DNA of 64,000 nucleotides from Monocercomonoides exilis PA203. Its lineage: Eukaryota > Protista > Preaxostyla. Within the stretch, counting starts at the first letter, position 1; every line of letters starts with the position of its first letter. A model generated the notes under the pieces. It did no database searches and was not told the DNA's origin. It worked only from the letters and a program-made list of their open reading frames with translations. Made by a program: the position numbers and the translations under genes. Location: positions 558,001-622,000 of the forward strand of contig LSRY02000011.1 of the NCBI GenBank assembly GCA_001643675.2, in the 5' to 3' direction. Of the stretch, positions 50,401-63,000 are shown piece after piece.

Positions 50401-52322
50401 GGGCGCAGACGGCAATGGGGGTGAGGAGGAGAGACGGAAGAGGAGAGGACTATTCGCAGGAGAGGCTGAATGCAACAGCAGGCAATGGAGGGCTTTCAGA
50501 GAGGAGAGTGAGAAGTGAGATGGAGTATACAAGTGATGCTGCGGATGAGTTGGTTAAGAGGAGGAGAAAGGAAGAAAGAGATGAAGAAAGAGAAAAGGAA
50601 CAAGAAAATGAAAAAGAGAAAGAACAAGAGAAAGAGAAAGAGAAAGAAGTGGAAAGTGAAAGAGAGAAAATGAATGAAAATGAAGGGGTTGAGGCCAGTT
50701 CATCGGACAAATCAAATTCTGATGAACCGTCTGAGCCAGCTTCTTCTTCTTCCTCTTCTTCAGACGATGCAGCAGCAGAAGAGCAAGCAGAAGCAGAACG
50801 GCAGCATCAGCAAAAAGTTACTGAAGCAGCTGGAAAAATCGATTCTATTCTTTCAAAAAGGAAGCAGAAAAAGGAAAAATACAACGAAGAACTGAAGCGA
50901 TGCAGAGAGCAACGGAAAGCAAAGCAAGCCAGCAATATGGAAAGTGGTGAGTCAAAAAGAGAGGAAGAAACAAAATCAGACAATGAAGATGCAAATAAAC
51001 AAAACGAGGCTGGACAAAATGAAAATGAGGGAAATGTTGAAAATGTTCGCACCAGGCAATTTGGTGGAAGTGAAGTGAAAGATGAAAGAGAAGAGCAGCA
51101 AGAGCAATCAGATGAAGAGACTGGGAAAGTAATGGAGAGAGGATTTAAAAAGAGTGCAAGTGGAAAACTGGATGATGAAGGAAATGAACAACAGGAAGAT
51201 GAAAACAAAGAGGACAGAGGAAATGAAGAAAGTGGAGGAGTTGAAGAGCAAGAGAAAGAACAGGAGCAGGAACATAATCAAGAGCAAGATGGGGAAGTTA
51301 AGGAGAGAGAATTTCATTCACAAGAAGAGAATACCGCTGGAGAAATGACTCAGAGCGAAGAAGAGACTTCTCAAAATGGAAGAGAAACAGAAGAAGAGAG
51401 GGATGAAGGAAGAGAGGGAACTGAGGAAGTTGAAGAGCAGGAAGTGGAAAACAGCAACCAACAAGAATCAGAAGATGGAAAAGGAGAACAAGATAATGCA
51501 GCCGAAGCAGAAGCTGAAGGTGAATGTGAAGCCTATGAGCAAGAAAACGATGGGCAAAATGTAGAAGAAGGAATGGCTGAAGAGCAGCCCGCTGGCAATG
51601 CAGAAGCTGAAGGGAACACAGATGAGTGGGCACCTGAGGCAGGCGAAGACGAAGAAAGAGGAGAAAATGAAGAGGCGGAGGGAGCAAACCAAGAAATGGA
51701 GCAGGTTACAGAACAAGAAGTGGAAGGTGATCCAAATGCGGAAGCAGAACAAGAACAAGAACAAGAAGCTGGAGAAGAAGCAGAAGCCGCACAGCAAGAC
51801 GAGCAAGCGGAGCAGGAAGTTGTTGAAAGAGGATATGAAGCATATGATGGAGAGAATGACAACGCAGATGCTGAGGGCAATGAGGAAAATGGCGAAGTTG
51901 GTGAAGCTGGTGAAGTTGAACAGGAACCTGAAGCAGAAGAAGCAGCAGACAAGAATGGAGAATCGTGGGAGCTTGAGCAAGGAGATTACGAAGAAGGAGA
52001 AGGAGAAGGAGAAGGAGAAGAAGGAGCTGGACAAGAGGAAGTGCAAGAGCAAGAAGAGGAGCAAGCACAAGGAGAGGACCAGGAAATGGAACAGGAACAA
52101 GAACAAGAAGTCGAAAATGGAATAGAAAATGCAGAAGGTGAAGAGGGAAATCTGGATGAAAATGCTGAGATTGAAGTTCAGGAAGGAGGAGAAGTAGAAG
52201 GAGAAGCTGGAGAAGGAGAACAGATTTCTGGAGAAGTGTCAGCTGGATTTTACCAGGAAGAAGAGAACAACGTTGATGGATATGGCTATGAAAATGAATA
52301 TGAAGAGGAGCAAAACACTTAG
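47498..52322 (+). CDS. Multi-exon E/K/R/Q coiled-coil protein with a long Glu-rich C-terminus
   Basis: ATG 47498; purine-rich exons separated by AT-rich introns (e.g. 48834-48971, 49721-50041); N-terminal SPRSKEA..REGI..DEL.YKP...HYE motif; final 756-aa ORF. Confidence 0.8.
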
Positions 52323-52566
52323 TCAAAAAATTAAAACACTGACATTGAATTTACTGCTAATGAACAGTAAATGTTCTATTATTATCTTTGCAAAAAGAAA
52401 GATAATCTTGTTTTTTGATAAATCCTTATCATTCGGTAATTGTCAACTCTCCACCTCATCAAAGCTAACTTCACACACACACCACTTTGTAGATTTCATT
52501 CCAATCATTTGCATTCTGCTCATCAATTCACCACTCAATTTGTTTTTTTGTGTCTTTCTCGTGTAT

Positions 52567-52597
<31 letters not shown>

Positions 52598-53059
52598 TAT
52601 TCTTTCATTTCATTGGTTTTGAACTTAGTGATGTCTAATTCGTTCGATTTGCAGACTTATTGTTTGCCCGTTGAATTCGCTTTCTTGTGTGTACTACTTC
52701 TATTCTCTGTTCAATTCATAATTCCTTTCTCTAAGGTGTTTATTTGTTGAACATAATTTTATTTTGTTCTTTTTGTTTTCTTTTCTTTTCTTTTCTTTGC
52801 CAATTAAGCATGTATTTTAAGCGATTGTGCATTTCTTTGCACAATCAGTCTTAAAAAAAACATGGGGAATTGCCTATTTGAGAAAGTTATTTCTGTCTAA
52901 TTCCTTTTATTTGCTTGCAAAACAACAGCCGAGTAGAAAAAAACACTTATTAAAATTATAAATAAAAGATAAATTTAATCCATCCTAAACCAATTTTTTG
53001 TTCTCATTCTATTTATTCCCTCCCCCGCCCCTTTTGCCTCTTCGCATCGTCCATTCTCT

Positions 53060-54973
53060 CTACTTCTTAGCCTTTTCTTCCTTTCCTGAGCGAGCCTTTC
53101 CGGCTGATGTAATCATTCCTTCTCTCTTGAGTGTCTCATAGATACCATTGATGCCGTGGCACAGCTGAGCAATGTCTCTGTCCCATTCAGAAAGAGCAGC
53201 AGATTCTAACGTTAAATAGTCACATCAGCAAGATATCCACAAGAAATGTTAGAAAGACAGATAGAAGGAAGGAAAATAAAAAAATGAAAATGAAAATAAT
53301 TATAAATTTTCATATTTTTTTTTAAAAAGAGTTGAAGAAAATTATAAAAGATAGCATTGTATTTCCAATAGTTGTGAACTCCACCCAATTCTTTCATACC
53401 GTCCTTAAAGTGAATCATTCCGCCAATCTGTGAAATTGTACCCTTGATAACACCATCACATATCAACTTAGCTGTTTCCTTTTCTGCCTTCACAGCATCC
53501 ACCTTCAACAGAGCCCCAAGCTGGTCGATGGTGATGTTGTCATACAACAGCGACGAGGAAACGATGTTGTGCTGCAAAATGGCTCTCTCCAGGAAGGGCA
53601 TGTGGAACGGAGACATGGCTGTCTCCATCAGGTGCTTGTCTTCGTCTGATGTGACAAGACGGTTGAGGAAGCTGAAAATAGGATTTTTTTTTAAAAAATG
53701 TAAATAAAATGAAAAAAATTAGTTTCAAAAACAAGAAGAATGTGATAACAATGAAGAATAATTCCAAAATTCAGATAATTTGAAAAAACGGATATGAAGA
53801 TGCGGAAATTGATGAAATTTTGAAGTGAATTACACGTAGCACAACGAAAAAAAAGAAACCGTTTGCCATTCAGAAAAAGGACAAATAGTCAATGATATCA
53901 TTATCATACATTTTGTTGATAACGTGATACACAGGAAGCTTCTTCACACGCTCATCGTTGTTGAGAGAAGATATCAAACGGGCACGCTGTTCAGACGGGG
54001 GCGCAAGCAAAGTGCATGAAATCGCACTTAAAAGGGTGTCTCGGCCACAGATAGAAGGGATTGTCTGGAAAAGGTTTTATGTTCGATTGTAAGCAATATA
54101 AAATTGAGAACAGATCAAAGTGGTTAAAATTAACACGAAAAAAACTTGTGAACAATAATAATGGCATACAATTGAAAGAGGGTAGTACTTCTCTGCTGCA
54201 TTTTGAAATGTTTGAGAATATTCACTTATAAGTGCATCGCAGATCTTCAATTCAGTTAAAAGTTCTTTGTCACTAATTTTGCCTCTCAAAGGTGATGCTC
54301 TCTTAAATGCCTCTTGTGCAACTGTAAACATTTCTAATTTTAAGAGTTCGTCTTGAGAAATACTTTTCAGCGTTTGAAGTTCTTTTGTAAACAATGACAT
54401 TTTTGTCAATTTCACAAATAGTCTGACCTGATCCATTTCTTCTTGTTCGTGACTTGTTTTTAAATTTTCTTTTAATAAATCTGCTCCAAGTTCGTATTCT
54501 TCAGATTTCTCGTACTGTTCAGCTAAGCATTCTCTTATCTTGTAAAGGGGTGCATCAAATAAATTGGATTGTTTTTTATTTGTTTCGTCAATTACCAAAA
54601 TTCCTATTTGTTTCTGAATCTCATCAGGAAGAATTCTCATTGTGCCTGCAAGTGCATCAATTACATGCCATGCAACTTGAGGAGTTTCTTGTGTTATAAC
54701 TTTATTTTTATAAAGAAATTTTTTGTAAAAAAGTGCAGTTTCAAAAAATAAAGTTCAATTAAATTTTTATTAATCAAAATTTTCATAACTGTATCATACC
54801 AAAATTGAAGAATTCTCTTAGATCGTCCAATTTCGGCTTTTCGGTCATGTCTAAAAAAACTATCAAAAAGAGACAGCTAACAACAAATTTTCCAAACTAT
54901 GAAACTGTTGGGTATATTCTAATGGCTTTGCGGACATGTCAAGATCATGAAGGTTTTCCAGAATAGAATCCAT
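53060..54973 (-). CDS. CSN4: COP9 signalosome subunit 4 (PCI domain), multi-exon
   Basis: IRECLAEQYEKSEEY, CTLLAPPSEQRARLISSLNNDER, LERAILQHNIVSSSLLYDNITIDQLGALL...AEK...GVIKGTISQIGGMIHF and EWDRDIAQLC match CSN4 blocks. ATG 54973, TAG 53060. Confidence 0.88.
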
Positions 54974-56327
54974 TTTGAAACAAAATTCTTCGATCTAACC
55001 CCTTATGAATATCAATGGTTGCGATTTTCTGTTAGAGGTTTTGAATCAAATTTTTGAATAATTAAACAATTACTTAATCACATAAAAAATATTCGCCTTC
55101 AGATTTTTTTATTTTGAAATGCAGAAATGAAATATCAGAATTAGTAGAATAACATTTCTTTATTTTTTTTTGTCGAACATTTTTTTCGCAATACAATATT
55201 TCTTTCACTGTGAAAATGTTGCTTTAAAAAACCCACTTTTCACAAATATATGTGTATGTTATTATTTCCAAACAACAACAAATCTTTGCAGTAGTGTGGT
55301 TGAACAGACTCGAAAGAGTTTTCCAATGATTATTTTTTGAAAAGCACTATAAGAGAACTTTTTCTGATATATGTTGGAATTGTTGTTGTTGAACGAAGAA
55401 AACAAAAGTGTTGTATTTTTATTTGATTCAATTAGTGAATAATTCATCAGAAATGGCATATTACTGAACAGATAAACACATAACACAGAAGAAGACGATG
55501 AACAACTTCATAATCTCCTTGAAGCATCCCTATTTCTAAAACAGTACAAAATTTTACAGAGACAGTTATGTGAATGTTCACAATGAAAGCATACAGTTAT
55601 TCGAATTTGATGTATTATTAGTGATAAAATTTTGAGGATATTATGTATTCTTCTTCTTCAATCTTTACAATCATTAAAACTGTAACATTTCGGTTTCGTT
55701 TTTGAAAAGAGCTGTTTGATTTTTAAAACTCTTTCAATATTGAATGGAACTCTTTTCAAAGCTAAAAGAATAAAGGAAAAAAGTTCAGCAATAAAATAAC
55801 TTAACAGATTAGAAAAAGAACCTTTCAACGAAGAAATGCAAGCGATAATCGGAAATGGAATGTGAATGAAGCCGAAGAAATGTGATTAAAAAAAGAAGCA
55901 AAGCAATTGAAATAATTGATCTCATAAACAGAATTCTAATTTTAGAAAAAAAAAAATAAATTGAATTATTGAAAAATTACATATGTGATGAAAACTCGGC
56001 TGATATAACTCAGATACTTTTAAAAGAAATCATAGAGAGAAACAAAGAAATAAAAAAAAAACTTTAACAATAAACATGAAATAATAAAAAATTGATAATG
56101 AACGAATGAAAAACGCAAGAAGTGCAAAATAATTAAATGTTCATGAAAAGGAAAAAAATCGTTTGCAATTCTTTCATTCGTATGAAATATATGTTATGTT
56201 TCTTTAAATTATCTGATCCCAATGGTTCTCAAATTTCATCTTTCCCAGTTAAACTTGAGAATATTCTCATATGTTGCTTTTCTCTCGAGTAAATTTTGAA
56301 TATACATTATAAGATGTCTTGTACAGT

Positions 56328-57311
56328 TTACTTCTCAAAGTCTTTGTATCCATCTTTTGACTTCAAGCAAGGTGAAAGAAGGAACTTTACACCTCCTATT
56401 ACAAGTCCAGGAACCATACGCCAGAAATTCACGAAAGGAATAATTTCGATTCCAGTCTTTTTGAGCCCAAATTTCTGAAAATTTCAAGTTTATAAAATTT
56501 CAGCAAATTACATAAATAAGCATGCAAATGTTAAGAAATGCAATTGTAACAAATTTGCAATTCATACCCAAATTGGAATTCCAATTGCAAAATAAAGCAC
56601 AATCAAAGCAGCAATAATAATCAGCATAACAGAACCAAAACTAATTCCCTTCTTTTTGGGTGGTTTGTCGGTAGGATTGTCATCCTTCTTTTTCTTTTTG
56701 CTTTCGCTACATCCATGAGGATCATGCATCTCAATAACCACTTCAAGATCACTTTAAAAAAAAAATCACAAATAACAAGGTACATTTTGAAAGAAAAAAT
56801 AACTCAATTGAATCAAACTCCATGGATACTTTTTGAGACGTTTCATTATCGCACACAAGCTTCAACTTTAATCCTTCAAATTGAGTTTGGTCGTCGGTTG
56901 TATCTGTTTCAAATTTTCAAGAAATAGTAATTATGCAAAATATAGTAAAAATTCACACATGAAAATAAGATTCCATCTTTATTATCAAGCAATTTCATTT
57001 CCTGTGTGTTTTTCAAAGCAATTCCATAGCAATATCCATCTTGAACTCCAACAGCAACATATTCCATATATCTGCACTCTTCCAACCCTACAATTCCAAC
57101 GTTTTCCAAAATGTTCCAATAAATTTTCCAATCATTGTACGATTCATGGTATCTATCAGATCTGAAAAACAATGCATTTAAATGCTATTTCCTTTGATGA
57201 AATTACAAACCCTCTCTTTATCATAGGTTGCAGATCAAATTTTTCACCATCCACTATTGTTGGATCTTGTCGCGATGAAGCGAAAAGCAAAATTGAAAAC
57301 AAAAACAACAT
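56328..57311 (-). CDS. Cation-dependent M6P receptor/ATG27-like type-I membrane protein (single MRH-like domain), multi-exon
   Basis: Signal peptide MLFLFSILLFASS, FDLQPM, IYWNILENV, LKLVC, TM GSVMLIIIAALIVLYFAIGIPI, cytosolic GIEIIPFVNFWRMVPGLVIGG and terminal YKDF (YxxPhi). Confidence 0.75.
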
Positions 57312-57414
57312 ATCTATTTTGATCAAATGCGTAATTAATATATATGTGGAAAAAAGTGCAAATTTTTCGAATTTGAAAATAGGAATAGTCATATATAAAT
57401 ATTAATATATATGT

Positions 57415-60400
57415 TAGCCCTGGGTGACGTGAAGAAAAAAATTCGTCACGTCCGTCACCAATTTTCCACTTCAAAAAAAAAAAAAAAAAAAAAAACCATG
57501 AATAGAAATTATTTATTGAATACATTCTGTATTTATTTGAAATAAAAATTTTTCAACTTTGAAAACAGAAATAGAAATCATGAATACCATTATAAAAGAT
57601 ATATCGATTTTAAAACAATTTTTTTCCAATTAATGCATTGTTTTTAACCCCAAATAATGGATGAACTGTGTGAATGAAGAAAATTTGATAGTTATAGTAA
57701 GTGTTTGCCATGTGCGAATATTTTATTTCCCATCTTGTATTCATCGAAATTAAAATTTAAAAGTGGCATAGCTTCAAAGTATCATATCTTTTTGTAGTGC
57801 AGGAGAAGCTTGAATCTGAAAAAATTGCAGGTGTGCAATTGTTGAAATATATGAATTCTTGAAGAATTGGATTGTCACTTAATTCTAAATTCAGACATTA
57901 AAAATGAATTTGAAGAAAGTACTGTGAATATGCGGGAAAAGAAAAATGAAGAAGCGATTTGTATGACTTATTAAAAGCACGTTTGTAATTGATTTATTTT
58001 TCAGAATCGTATTTATCTGTCAAATAGAAAAAATATAAAAGAAAAGATAATATCAATTGATGATACATGTTTGCAGTTGATGCAGATTGAACAGCGAAAG
58101 CAATGAAACTTTTAATGATACATTTTGGAGTTGAAGTTGAACAGAAGAACAATAAAGATGATAATGAATGGAAATGAAAAGATAGAAGAAAAGGATTAAA
58201 GGCTACTGGCTGATCTTTGGGAATACTTTGTTTTGCTTTGTGATGATTTCAGTTCAACAAATTTACGATTTATCATCGTGACTTGCATTCTGAAAGCCTC
58301 ATTGATCAAAGAAGATAACAAGGAAGCTCAAAAAGAAGTGGAAATGGCTTCATTGTGTTCAAGTTGCATTGATAACGAAACTGTGTGAGTATTTCAAGTT
58401 CCTTTTTGATATTATTGGTTGTTTATCTCTTTTTTTTTGAAAGGAAAATGAACAAAAACCGTATCTGTATGAAATCAAAGGAATTATTAGATATCAAGTG
58501 ATGTACAACTTTACTCATCTTGCCTATCAGTCTGCCTTGAAGTTATTGACAAAATGGTGCAATAACGTTGAAAAGTTGAAAGAAACTGTCGTTTATTGGA
58601 AACATCCAGGGAGAGAAGCAGCCAGAAAACAGGAAGAGTCGATAAAATGTGTTCAATGGAAGAGAAAAAAGGAAGAAAAAGGAAGAATAGAAGTTTTAAT
58701 AATTAGGAGATGACTTGATGAAATTTTGAAGTTCTTTACTGTGTGCAAATTGAGAAATAAAGAATATATTGGACTCATAGTGAAAATTCTTCAGCTGTTT
58801 AAAAGCTGCAACAGAAAACAACGGGAGAATGAGCAAAAGATGTATTCGCATAACGAAAAACGGAGCTTCCAACGGGGGAAGCGAAAACTGAAGATTTGCA
58901 AACAGTCAGAGCGATAGATGTTGTTTTTTACTATTCATCAACTCATTTAAAATGATATATGGACACTCGAATTTTCACTGTTTTTTGTTGATTGAAAGAA
59001 CATAAGAACTGTTTATTCTGCGAAAAAGAAAGCGCAAAAAAATGATCATTTTTATGAAGAAAGAAGAAAAGGAAATGAAGATGTCCAAAAATTTTCTTGA
59101 AATATTGGATTTTCACAACACAAAGAATTTCCTGCACTTATCGTTGAGTTTATTTTTATTCTTTAGTGATATTTTGAGGAAATGAAATGTTTGAATTTTC
59201 CAACGATAATATTCTATTATTTTCTATTTTTCTTATTTCACAAATAGAAAACAATTGCTTTTGGCTTTGATAAAGTGATTATATTTATTTATTATTATTA
59301 TTATTTAAAATGAAGAGAAACTTCAACAAAAAAATCATAAATAAAAAATAGAAATGTCTTGCATTTATGACTTGACCTTTCTTCTTTTTCTTCACTCCTC
59401 CTCAAACTTCTTTCACACTTTTTTATTGGAGAGTAACAAATTCTGAGTTCCTTATTCTATTATTCATCTTCTTCGCTTTCATAATCTCCGTTCTTTTCCT
59501 CAGTTTTTTCTGGATTTTTCTCGGTTTTCTTTAATATTTTTATTTTCAAAAAACATAAGGATGAAACGAAACAGTGAAGAAAACCGGATTAAGCATAATA
59601 ATTACAACGGGATAAAGAAGATGCACTTCCATTTCAATCAGCCGACGCTCAGAATGCAGAAAAGAAAATATATTGATCTGATTTGTAGATAATTAATTCA
59701 CAATCACAGTTGAAATATAATAAATAATCATTCACAAAGCACACATTTACAAGACTTTTCAGTTCAAGCAATTATGAGAAATCAACATCACATGCAGAAA
59801 TAATGTGGATTTTAACTTGTCTACACTTTGCACGAGGGATTCCACTCCATTGGGGGAAAATGTTCATATTACCTCCAACTCAGTCTGTGCATTTTCCACA
59901 TATATATCTTATGCCAATATTTCTATTTTAATTGGGAATAGAATGGATGGTTTCATTCCTTTTTGTTTGTTGATTTTCATCAAAAGCAGAATTGGATGTC
60001 GAAAACGATTCATTTAATAGTTATAAAAAGACATGGCTTGATGTGAAACTTTCTTTCAATGATAATTGCTCACTTCAAATCGAATAAGATAGAAAAATGA
60101 AATAATCAAAAAAAATTGTTGAAAATAATGAAAAACTTGTTCCCAATTCAGTTTCATATTGAACATTATTTGAATAAAGTTATTGTTGATCCGGTGCTTC
60201 ATCTTTTGAGTTTTAAAGTGATACGTTTACGAGAAAATAGAGATTCAACTTTTTACAATTGATTTATAATGGGCAAAAGTCACTCTGAAAAGCTATGAAT
60301 CAGATTCCAGCTTCATTCATCCGATGTTGAAGTTTTGAAAGTTCTTTTGCATTTTCAAATAATCTGACTTCACCTGACGTCAGCGCCTTGAGACGTCAGT

Positions 60401-60642
60401 GACGAGTGAAAATTCCGATTGCCGCTATCACGTCAGTCAAAAATGTGTTATGGTTATTTTGATTTGAAGAATTAGATAATAATTTCTCACAAAAATTGAA
60501 AAATACAGTTTTTTCAAGAAAAATATAAAATATAATGTTGAAACTTTTATTTTTTTTTTTTTTTTTGTGACGTGGAAAAATCTGTCACGTCCGTCAAAAA
60601 TAGAAAATGTCACGTCAGAAGTCACTACGTCACCCAGGGCTA
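57415..60642. mobile_element. Non-autonomous hAT-type DNA transposon, 3228 bp, with host-gene cargo
   Basis: 16-bp TIR TAGCCCTGGGTGACGT (57415-57430 and 60627-60642), exact 8-bp TSD ATATATGT (57407-14 and 60643-50), and subterminal GTCACGTC/TGACGT repeats. No transposase ORF. Confidence 0.92.
58000..59150 (+). pseudogene. Decayed copy of a helical E/K-rich host protein family inside the hAT element
   Basis: EDNKEAQKEVEMA...[intron 58383-58443]...YLYEIKGIIRYQ..NFTHLAYQSA...REAARKQEE..KCVQWKRKKEE...LIIRR*L, with stops and frameshifts. It resembles, from recall, an expanded oxymonad hypothetical family. Boundaries approximate. Confidence 0.65.
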
Positions 60643-60965
60643 ATATATGTGCATTCAAATTTGAGTGTCAATAAATTAAGAAAATAATAAATTGTGTTTC
60701 ACTTTTCATTATTCTTCCGATAAAATTAATTTTTCTTTTGTCAAAAAAAAGATTGAACATAGCATTTCTTCATTTTTAAAAAGAAAGATAAAGACATTAT
60801 AAAAATTGCAGTTTCCATCAAATCAGTTTTTTGTATTCACATCAGCGATTATTTTTCAAATTATCATTTTTCAATCCAAAACTTCAGAACAAAGATTTGT
60901 TTTGGAAAAATAAATTTATTGGTGAACGTTGAAAACAAAAAATAACATTTGAAGATTATAAAGAA

Positions 60966-61235
60966 ATGGGGGAAAATACGGACTTTCAAGCTTTTTATGC
61001 ACAAAGCATGGAAAAATTGATTCACTCACAACTTTGTTTCTTTTTCTCAGATTTTAAAATAAATTTGATTATCGAAACTGTAAACAAACATCATTGATGT
61101 TATAACAAAATGTTCAGTGACCACAAACGAGTTTCAAAAAATAAACCCATTTTTTTCAATTTTTTGATCACAAAAAGATCATCATTGATGCATAATTTTT
61201 CTATGAAAATGCCTGAAGTCAAATATTTTGTTCCA
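60966..61235 (+). repeat. Dispersed repeat copy 2 (starts ATGGGGGAAAATACGGACTTTCAAGC)
   Basis: Aligns with 21142-21420. Confidence 0.8.
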
Positions 61236-61902
61236 AATGCTTTTCTTTCTAACGTAAACCAGTGAATAATAAAATGCATAAAGCGTTTTAATTAAAAATA
61301 ATTTTGAAAAAGACAAAAAATCATTTAAAAAAAAAACAAAAATGAAAAAATCGATGTTTACAAAATAATCACTCAATATATGGGTGATTATTTATGAAAT
61401 CAAATTTTCTTTATCAAAAATTTCGGTTCCAAAAATTCACTTGAATATTAACAAATGAATTCTGAAAAATGAAAAGGCTTATCAGAGACATCCACTGCCT
61501 TTTAAAAGCTTGACATTTGTTTTTGAAACAAACGTGTAGTGTTTTGCATCTAAATACAAAATATCTTCCCTTCGACAAACAAACTTTGAAAAACATACAC
61601 ACCGAAAATAATAAAATTTCAAAAATTATCACCTATATGGGTGATAATTTTTGATATCACATTTTTTCTTTCAAAATTTTCGAATAGAAAATTTTTATAG
61701 AATTCAAACATAAGAACACTGAAAAATGAATATACATATTAAAGATATCTTCATCTTTATTTCAGCGTGAAAATATATTTTTGAAAAAAGATATTTTGAA
61801 TTTTTCATATGAATTCAAAATCTCTTCTCAAAGACAAACAACCAAAGAAAAGTTAACACTCCGAAAAAAAGTTATGATTTCAAAAATAATAACCCATATA
61901 TT

Positions 61903-63000
61903 AAAATTAAAAATTATGAAAAAGAAATATGAACACCAAAAATATTTTGTGGGTTATTTTCCTTCTTTTATTATTTTTCACTATTGAAAATTAAGAAAAA
62001 TATAGCTGATGAATTTTTTTTCAATTGGGTTGACTCAAAAGAATTGATAATATTTCATAACAATTTTTGAAAAATTTCACAATCAAAGAAACATGTTTCG
62101 TTTGTATTTTTTTGTTTTCAAAAAAATATTTAATTCGAGGGGTTATTATTGAAATAGAATTTAAACTTTAAAATTTTCAAATTGAAAATTTGTTTTGAAT
62201 ATTTGCAAATGAACACTGTAAAGTGACAACACTAACAAAAGACATTTCTGTTTATCTTTCATACAAATATTCGGCTTCTGTGGTAGTTATGATGGAGATA
62301 ACATATGAAAAAAGAATATTTGACTTATATGAGTAATTTTTATTGAAAAGCCACTTATGTTTAATTTTCAAAATTAATATAAATATCATATTTAATTCAA
62401 ATTTCTTTTTAACGCTCATGAAAATTGCATGAAATAGTTATCAAAACATCATTATGCAGTAATTCCCATTTCATGCAATTTTCATGAGCGTTAAAAAGAA
62501 ATTTGAATTAAATATGATATTTATATTAATTTTGAAAATTAAACATAAGTGGCTTTTCAATAAAAATTACTCATATAAGTCAAATATTCTTTTTTCATAT
62601 GTTATCTCCATCATAACTACCACAGAAGCCGAATATTTGTATGAAAGATAAACAGAAATGTCTTTTGTTAGTGTTGTCACTTTACAGTGTTCATTTGCAA
62701 ATATTCAAAACAAATTTTCAATTTGAAAATTTTAAAGTTTAAATTCTATTTCAATAATAACCCCTCGAATTAAATATTTTTTTGAAAACAAAAAAATACA
62801 AACGAAACATGTTTCTTTGATTGTGAAATTTTTCAAAAATTGTTATGAAATATTATCAATTCTTTTGAGTCAACCCAATTGAAAAAAAATTCATCAGCTA
62901 TATTTTTCTTAATTTTCAATAGTGAAAAATAATAAAAGAAGGAAAATAACCCACAAAATATTTTTGGTGTTCATATTTCTTTTTCATTATTTTTAATTTT
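61903..63000. repeat. Near-perfect 1098-bp palindrome (533-bp arms, 32-bp spacer 62436-62467); possible foldback element
   Basis: 61903-62435 is the reverse complement of 62468-63000 with no net indel; one mismatch seen near the outer end. Confidence 0.93.

Noticed and set aside
11751-54973. PNGase, USP and CSN4 as a proteostasis gene cluster
   Set aside because: They are widely spaced, interleaved with unrelated genes, and show no evidence of co-regulation.
59200-60350. Possible hAT transposase remnant in the right half of the hAT element
   Set aside because: No BED finger, DDE or dimerisation motif was recognisable in the frames examined.
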